Of a stretch of 64,000 bases of DNA, positions 27,101 through 36,100 are shown in pieces. This stretch comes from an uncultured Verrucomicrobiota bacterium (GTDB taxonomy: Bacteria > Verrucomicrobiota > Kiritimatiellia > CAIVKH01): the NCBI GenBank assembly GCA_964503335.1, contig CAZCZZ010000002.1:50164-114163 (forward strand), given 5' to 3'. Position 1 is the first letter of the stretch, and each line of letters starts with the position of its first letter. Under the pieces are notes generated by a model. That model ran no database searches. It had not been told where the DNA came from and worked only from the letters and a program-made list of their open reading frames with translations. Made by a program: the position numbers and the translations under genes.

Positions 27101-30100
27101 TGTGATCACAAACACAGATGCCGCAGGCACGGCGGTTGTCGTGGGCGGTGGCGGAGTGGGCCGCAGCGGCACGTACGACCTGAACAATACCACGGAAGGT
27201 ATCCTGGTCTGGGAGGGCGCGAACACGAGCGCCGTCTATTATCTGCGGCGCGACGGCACGACGACCTACTCTGGCCTATCCGTGGGAGCCGGAACGATCG
27301 CCGACATGATCCAGAACCTGGACAACGGCGGCTACACGAACCTCAATCGGACCCTCTCGCAGTCCGGCCAGCTCTCGGCCATTGCCTCATCCAACAACTG
27401 GATCTTTACGGATGGCACGGGTGACCAGTCACAGGACTACAATGCGGCGCCGTACACCAACGGATACACGCTCACGGGTAATCGTATCACCCGCCGCCTT
27501 GAGGCATCCTATCTGCAAGTCGGCGGATGGAGCTTCACGGGCCTCGTCCGCGATACGAGCAGTGGCGTGAACAGCAATGGAGTCGTGGTCAGCGAGGCGA
27601 ACAACAACATCTCGCCGAACTTTACCGTCTACAACAGCACCGGCACGGTGATCATCACGACCCAGCCGTTCATCCAGATTCCGGCGGATGGCTCCGGTAT
27701 CACCACGGGTGCGCCAGTCGGCTCTGCCAGCGTGACCAACACCGTGGCTTCGGGGAGCCTGCCCGACGGCGTGTACACGGCGATCGTGTATGTGGCCGAC
27801 AACGATGAGGACCGGACGGGTGATCGTATCGTCGCGACAAACGTCTACACCTTCCAGGTTATCCCGCAGCAGAACCCGGCCCTGGCGGTGGGTCCGCTCG
27901 TTCTGAACTACCATACAATGCTGGGCAACAACGCCACGCAACAGACCTTTGCGGTAACCAATGTGGGCGGTGGTGTGCTGTCCTACACGAACTATCAGAC
28001 CTACGGTCCCGGCCCGTCCGGCTGGTTCGCCGCGAACCTGACCAACAGCAGCCTGGCATCCTCGCTTTCCCGAATCCACACGGGCTACGTGAACAGCGCG
28101 TCGTTCACGACTTCGGGAACGTTTGTCGCCACGAACCGTGTCGCGGGCAACCAGACCAACAGCGCGCAGGAAATCGTGGTGACGGTTGTTGTGTCGAACA
28201 TCCCGAGTCCGACTGCTGCATCCGCAGTGAAGGACGGTGGCCAGATGGTCCGGTTGGAATGGACCGAGGCCTCCGGTCGACAGGTTCTCATCGTCCATGG
28301 CAGCCCGGCGGCAACCACGATCGATCCGACCAATGGCACGGCGTACGCCGCCGGTGACGCGCTCGACGGCGGTACCGTGATCGCGAAAGTCACGGGCAGC
28401 GGAAAGCTCGAGCACATCGTTTCGCAGGGATCGACGAACTTCTACCGGTTCTACACGATCAACAACGACCGCTACTCCACGAGCACGCTGGCGGGCGCTA
28501 CGACGGATGTCTACCAGGCGTTCGAGATCGTGGACCAGTTCGCCTACACGAACGCGACGAGCCTGGATACCCGCAACGGCGGACAGGGCTTCACGAGCAC
28601 GTGGAGCGTGTCCTATGGAACGCTCACAACGGTCAGCAACAATCCGTTCACCTCGACCTCAGGCTATCCCACGAAGGGTGGCAACGTGGTCACGGCGGCG
28701 CCGACCACGCGCGTGTTCCGGGGAATACCCCAGGTCACTGCGGGCCGCGTCTATGCAGCGTTCAACTTCCGCACGGAGGATGGCGGGGCATCCAGGTTCG
28801 CGGGCATGAGCTTCTATGACGGCACAAATACCGAGGAGAAGTTCATCGGCGAAGGCTTTACGCAGGCCAACCTTCTGACCGTGGGCGGAACCACCGGCCC
28901 GACGCCACACGAGATTGCCAACAACACGCACTACACGATCATTGCGATGTACGACTTCGAAAACGACAAGGCATACGCGCTTCTCTACACGAATGGCGTC
29001 GAGACCATTCCGAACGGAGAGCCCGAGGTGTGGGATGTCGAAGACAGCGACTCCACGGTATCGCGCATAACGCACATCCGCCTCGACGGCGATGTCGGCT
29101 ACATGATTGACGAGCTGCGCGTGGCCACCAACTGGCCCAACCTCTTCGCCCGTACTGCGACGTATCCCGCGGTCACGAACTTCATCGTAAATGGCGGATC
29201 AAGCGTTACGGATGCCCTCCTCACGAGCGGCGTGTTCAACGTCGTGGCTCATATTCGCGACACGTCAGGCGTGTCGACGAGCACGTTGGGACGGTTCTTC
29301 AAGCCCAACTTCGACATCATGAACCCTACGGGCACACAGATCCTGACGAATGAGACGTTTGAGACGTTCGGTGTGCTGGATAGCCAGCGGACGTTGATTG
29401 TGACGGATACGGTCCACGCCGTCGTGGCACCGGAAGGCGTGACCCTGGGCGTCTATACCGGCCGGGTATCAGCTATCAACTCAAACGGCGTCGAAACCGT
29501 CAATGTCACGACGCAGGCCAACGGCACCGCACTGACGTTCACGGTCATTGACGACGACGCAACCGGCCCCGAGATGGCGACGATCACCTCGACCAACACG
29601 GGCGGCGGTTCGCTCCGGTTCCTGCATGTGTCAATCGGCGCGGACAACGTATCCGGCAATGGCGCGGCATCGAACAGTATCCAGTACTCGACGACCGACG
29701 CCGCCCTGACCAATCTGTCGTCCGGCAACCCGCTGCTCTTCTGGATGGGTGCGCGCGACGACAACGGCATCTATCGCGGCAATACCGACGCGGCGACAAA
29801 CTCCTGGTTGAGCGTCGGATCCGCCATCATCAGCAATGTGCTGAATTACGATGCCACGCGAAGCGATCCCATGGCGTCCACGGTCAATGCCAAGGCAACC
29901 AACGTCTGGAGCTGGATCACGCCGCTGACCGTGACGGAAATCCAGAACCTCGTCACGAACACGGCCAACGTAGGATCGAACGCTGTCGTAGCCACGTGGC
30001 GCGATGCCGATGCCGATCGTCCTTCCGACTCATCGGCATCTGTCTACACGCAGGGCTGGTTGCGGGTGACCGATGACGACGTGGCAGGGCCGACAATCCA

Positions 30101-33100
30101 GAACATCAACATCTATGGCCTCGACGGCTCCTACACCGTCCGCGTGGACGAACTGACGTCTGCCTTCGGCTGGTCCATCACGGGCCGCATCAGTGACGCC
30201 AGCGGTATCAATGTGAACTCGAACTCGACGACGCAGTTGAACAACTCACCGTACTTCGAATTGTGGGATCCGAACGGCAATCTGAAGCTGACGGAGGCAT
30301 TCGATACGCTGGCCTTCTCCGATGGCGGCGCGACCACGCTTTCCGCCTTTGCCGACACCAATCGCACGGCGCTCGGCGGCGTGGTCACCGGCGTGTGGAC
30401 GGCGCGCGTCATTGCGGCAGATAATGATGAGGATTGGGGTAACAACGATCACTCCGTGAGTACACAAGAGGTGGCATTCACCGTGGTGCCCGGCGCATCG
30501 CTCGGCGGCATCGCCCGCGCACCGGCGACTTTCAATATCACGTCGTCCTACAATGTGGTTACAGGTTCGGGGACATGGCCGACGTACTACGTCACGAACG
30601 TCGGCTCCGGCACGCTGAACTACTCGAACCATGTCACGTATAGCTCTGCATCCGGCTGGCTGACCGTGAACGCGACAAATGTCACCTTGATCGGAACGGG
30701 TACGACCACGAACCACGCCATCAGCGTCGATCCGACCCACCTGAACCCCGGCTCATACTCCGCGACGATCACGCTCAATGGCGACCAGACCAACGCAGCG
30801 CAGACTGTCACAGTCAACATCACGGTCTTTGGCTACTACGTGCGTGAAATCGTGGAACCGGCCACGAATGCCGCCGGAACTCTCCACAACAAATACGGCG
30901 GCACAGGGTGGACGGGTAACTGGTCCAACAACCCGTCTTCCGGTTACTCGTATGTCGCGACGAATGGAAGTTTGTCCGTGCCTGCCAACTATCCGTCGGC
31001 GGCCGGCGGCTACATCCGTGGCGATACGACATCGGGCGAGTTGCAATCATTCCGCACCTTCCCGACCTTCAGCACGGGCAAGCTCTTCGTCGCGGCAGCG
31101 ATCAACAAGAACGCAAACAACACCGACGGATTCATCGGCATATCGCTCATGGATGGCAGCACCGAAGCCGGCTTCTTCGGCAAGGGCTTCGGTACGGCGA
31201 ACTTCGTGATTGATGGCACCAACGGCCCCACGTCGAGCGGATTCGGCATCCACCAGTCCACCTACCTGATCGTCGGCTACTACGACTTCGACACAGACAT
31301 CTTCCGTGCCCGCGCGTGGAATCCGGGTGATACGCTGCCGGTTACAGAACCGACCGCATGGTCGTCGGCCAGCAATGGAAACTACACGATCTCCCAGGTG
31401 ACGGGCATCCGCCTTGGCGCCTCCGGCGTCACCAATGCCATCTTTGATGAAGTGCGTGTCGCGGCCACATGGGAAGAGCTTCTCAACATCTACTCCAACG
31501 AGCCATCCGCCCACGCGACCGGCCTGAACTTCAACAACGTGACGACCGGATCCATGGTGGTCGGCTGGACATCAGGCAACGGCGCCAATCGCATTGTCGT
31601 GGCTCGCGAAGGCGCGGCGGTTACGTTCTCGCCCACGGACAATGTGGCCTACGCGTTCAGCACGAACTGGACGACGGCCACGGACATCGGTGGCGGCAAC
31701 AAGGTCGTATTCAACGGCTCGGGCACGAACTTCAACTTCGTCGGCCTGACGCCCGGCACGCAGTACTGCTTCAGGGTGTTCGAATACAATGGCGCGGGAT
31801 CCACGGCCAACTACCTGACCAACGGAACTGCTCTGGCGGGATGCCGCTGGACGCTGACGACGGAACCGGCCGAGCAGCCGACGAGCTTCAACGCCTACCA
31901 GGTTTCGAACACCCAGATCAGCAATACCTGGGTCGCTGCCGGCGGGTCACCCGCTGCCGATGGGTACGTCATCTTCCGCCGCCGCCATGAGGATCCGACC
32001 AACGTCCCCGTGGACGGCGTCGCCTACACGAACCTGGAGTTGCTCGGCACCTCGCGCATCCTCGTGGTAACGCCGGGCAGCGCGACGACGTTGCTCCACA
32101 CGAACCTGGATAATTGCACCGAGTATCGATTCCGCATCTTCTCGTTCCGTCGCGATACGGCATCGGGCGAAACCTACAACTACAAGACGGATTCGTTCCC
32201 GAGCGCGACGAATTCGACGGCTTGCGACGCGCCGACGATCCAGTCGAGTAACATCGTGTTCAACTCGATCAGCTCAACGGACATGACGATCTCGTGGAGC
32301 AACGGCAGCGGCAGCAATCACCTTGTCGTCGTCCGCGGCACGAACGCCGTGAATGTGGATCCGACGGACGGTGTGAGCTACACGGCCAACCCGATCTTCG
32401 GCAGCGGCTCTCACCTCGGCAGCGGCAACTACGTTCTCTACAACGGCACTGGAGCCACGCTGAATGTCAGCGGACTCGCGACCGGTGTGACGTATCACTT
32501 CCGCATCTACGACTACTTCGGTTCGGGCGGCGGCGAGAACTACAACACCAACACGGCGAACGACAACCCGGCGAGCGCTGCCACCGTGTCGTTCTCTATC
32601 GCCCAGGACACGTTCAGCCGTACGAATACGGCGACGGGCCAGATTACGGATGAAGGTCGCTCCTCGGGCGGCAGCGGCTGGTCCAACAACTGGTCACAGG
32701 CCTTCTCCGTGGAAATCCAGCACAATGCGAATTTCTCGTCGTTCAAGTGCTACCCGCGCAGCACGTCGAACGGGCAGGTCCGGATGATCTCCGATGCGTT
32801 CAAGCATACGGCCTCGCGTGGTTTTGCCCCGCGCACTAGCGGCAAGATCTACGCCGCCTGGGTCATGCAATATGGTTCCGGCGGCTCGGGCAAGTATTCC
32901 GGGTTGTCGTTCATGAACGGGACCGTCGAAACAGGCTTTGTCGGCAAGGCGAACGGCAATACGACAAATGCCCTCTCATTCCAGTCCGGTCCCACGGAGT
33001 ACGCCAGCTCGTACATCATGAACCCGGGCTCGGCATATCTGATCGTCGCGCGTTACGACTTCGAGAATAAGACCTTGGTGGCCATGGGCATGACGCAGTC

Positions 33101-36100
33101 TTACATCCAGTCGTACGAGCCCGACGCCTCGGCGCAAGGATGGGATGTCGTGGCCACAAACATCACGATCGACCAGATCACGGGCATCATGCTGCACAAG
33201 CAGGATTCCGGCGATGTGTACTTCGACGAAGTGCGCATCGGCTCGACATGGGAATCGGTCATGCTGTGCGACTACGGCGCAACGTATAATCCCGGCCCGA
33301 CGCCCAGCCTGATCTTCATCGGCACAAATTACGTCATTGGCGCGTCCGCCATTGTGACGAACCTATCGGACGCTGAACTGAAGGAATCCTCGGGCGTCGA
33401 CTTTGCCGTGAAGTGGGAAGACACGCACGGTGTCTATACGACGAACCGCAACGCCCTGGGATCGAGCAACTTTGTATCGAATACGGGACGCATCCTGCCG
33501 AACTGGGACCCGCTGGCCGTCGGCGCCACGACCAACCAGTTCGGTTTGGACCGCTACTTCTACGCGACGAACATCATCGGTATGTCCGGCGCACAAAGCG
33601 TTACGACCTACGTCCGGAATGCATTCAGCATCACGAACATCGACTTCTCCAGCGCATACTTCGTGACGCTCAGCGCCGAGGACGACCGCCAGGTCGGCTG
33701 CAGCGTGACCGCGACATACGGCGAAGACGTGAACTGCTCGCGCGGAATGACCATCAACACCGCGCTGCAGTTCTATGTGTATGACGACGATACGGTGGGC
33801 CCGATCGTGGGCACCTCGCCGCTGAAGGTTATGACCAATGCCACGGTCGTGAGCTCCCAGACCGCGGGCACTGTCGACCGGTTCTTCCTGATCGACGGTG
33901 TCGTGACCCAGACCGGCATGCGCGTCGCCGTAAGCATCTCGGACGGCTACAGCGGAATCCAGCGTGCCTCTGCCGGCACGGCCGACACAAATATGAATCT
34001 TACGATCGCCTCGCTGACCACGAGCAACATCGCCAACTACTCGTCGTCGCTCAGCTCGTCCAGTTCCGTGCTGCCCGACTCGACCAGCGTGTGGGAATTC
34101 GCCTCCTCGATGTTCACGTACAGTTCTGTGTCCGCCATGTGGGGCGGCGACGGCACGGCGGTCCAGGGCCAGGACTTGAACGTGACTGTGAGTTCCCCGG
34201 ACGTGGATAATGATCGCTCGGCGGACGCCGCATGGACCAGCAACCAGGTCGTGGGCATTGTCCGCGTGATCGATGACGATGAAGCGTCGCCCTACCAGAC
34301 CAACATCACGTATGGCGGTGCTTCGCTTGCCACCCGCTCGTTCTGGGTCGCAACGAACGGGGTGCGTCTCCAGGGCAGCGTCAGCGGCAAGGAGCGCAAC
34401 GAGAACACCGGCACCGACACGGTTTGGACCGTTACCGATGACGAAATGTTGAATGCGGGAACCAAGGCCCTGACATTTGCCTTCGGCGCCGCCGACCTCA
34501 ACAGTGGCATCGCGCGAGGCACCTCGGGCTCGGCCGCGTCACTGATGCATATCAGCATCTGGACGAACTGGCTCAATGATTTCAGCAATTACAACGCATC
34601 GGCCAGCTCTCCGAATGCCGCCGGCGCGACGCGCCTTACGAACGTGTGGGCGTTTGGAGATGCGACGTTCGCAGAGGATGATGTAACCACCTTCTTCTCG
34701 GGTGGAGATATGCCTGTCTATGTGACCATCCCCGATGCGGACAACGATCGCACGAACGATATCTCGACGCTCACGTCGAACCTCGTCGGCTATCTGGCCG
34801 TTGTGGATGACGATGTCGAGGCCTATGGCTTCACGAACCTAACCTTCAACGGACGCCTGGCCAACCTGATCGCGCAGGGCTTCGAAAACAACGAGGGCTG
34901 GTCGAACACGGCGTCGTCCAGCTACCAGACAAGGGATTCGGCTGTCGTGGATGGCACGTGGCACTTGGAGAGCGTGGCGGCCAATCAGCTCCACGAGCAG
35001 GCCAGCAGGACACGCAAGCTGCAATTCCAGACGGGATCGTACCTTGTCCTGCCTCCACGCAATGACCCCGGCACGTTGTTCTTCTGGGCTCGTGGCAGCG
35101 CCGGTGGCCAGACGAACTTCATGACCGTCGACTACTGGCCTGCAGGCAGTTCCACCTGGATCAACTGCGGCTTCACGAACGGCATCACGGGCACGAACTA
35201 CATGCAGACCTCGTTCCCGATCGACTACGTGGGCAATGCGGTGACCGTGCGCGTCTATGCGTCGCAGATCAACAATACGGCCCTCTACCTGGACGACCTC
35301 TCGCTTACGCGGACCCTGTACTGGACCAATGAGGCAACCGTCGCGTTGACATGGCAGAATCCGACCGCGGATTACTCGGGCATTCTCCAGTTCCGCTACA
35401 CCAATGCCGCGACGGCAATCCCGTCGACGGTTACGAGCGGTGTCGCGTCGGCGACCAACAGCGCATCGTTTGCCTCGACGGCTGAAGGCATCGTCACGGG
35501 CTACGTCTTCATGGTGGACAGCGATGCGGACCGCAACAACGACAGCACGAAGGGCATGAGCGTTCCGTATGTCACGAAGATCGACCTGACGCCGCCGCCG
35601 CGCATCTCCGGCTTCACCGGAACAAACGGACTTGATGACACGTCGGAAATCGACCTCGACTGGTCGGCCGACGCGAACTCCCCGCGCGCGGCCGGATGGC
35701 GTGCAAGCGACAGCTCCGCCCTGTCACCGTGGCACACGTACCGCATCTATTACACGGATGGCGCAACCGGTCCGACGACCAACAGCACCTATCTGGACCT
35801 GACGAGCTCCTATCCTGAACTGGCGACGAACATCACGGCATCCATCACGATGTCGAACCTGCTGCCTGGTTCCGACTACCGCATCGCCATCGCGGGCGTC
35901 GATCGCGCCGGCAACATCGGGAACCTGTCGGATACCGCCGTAGTGTCCGTGGCCAACTTCGTCGTCACACAAGGTATCGTGACGGTTAGCGCCATCACCA
36001 ACGTCGACATCTCGTGGACCGCCACGAATTCCGCCGGCCAGATCCTCAAGGACTACGACGCGATCTACTACGATTCGACGAGCGGTCACTCGGACAACTC

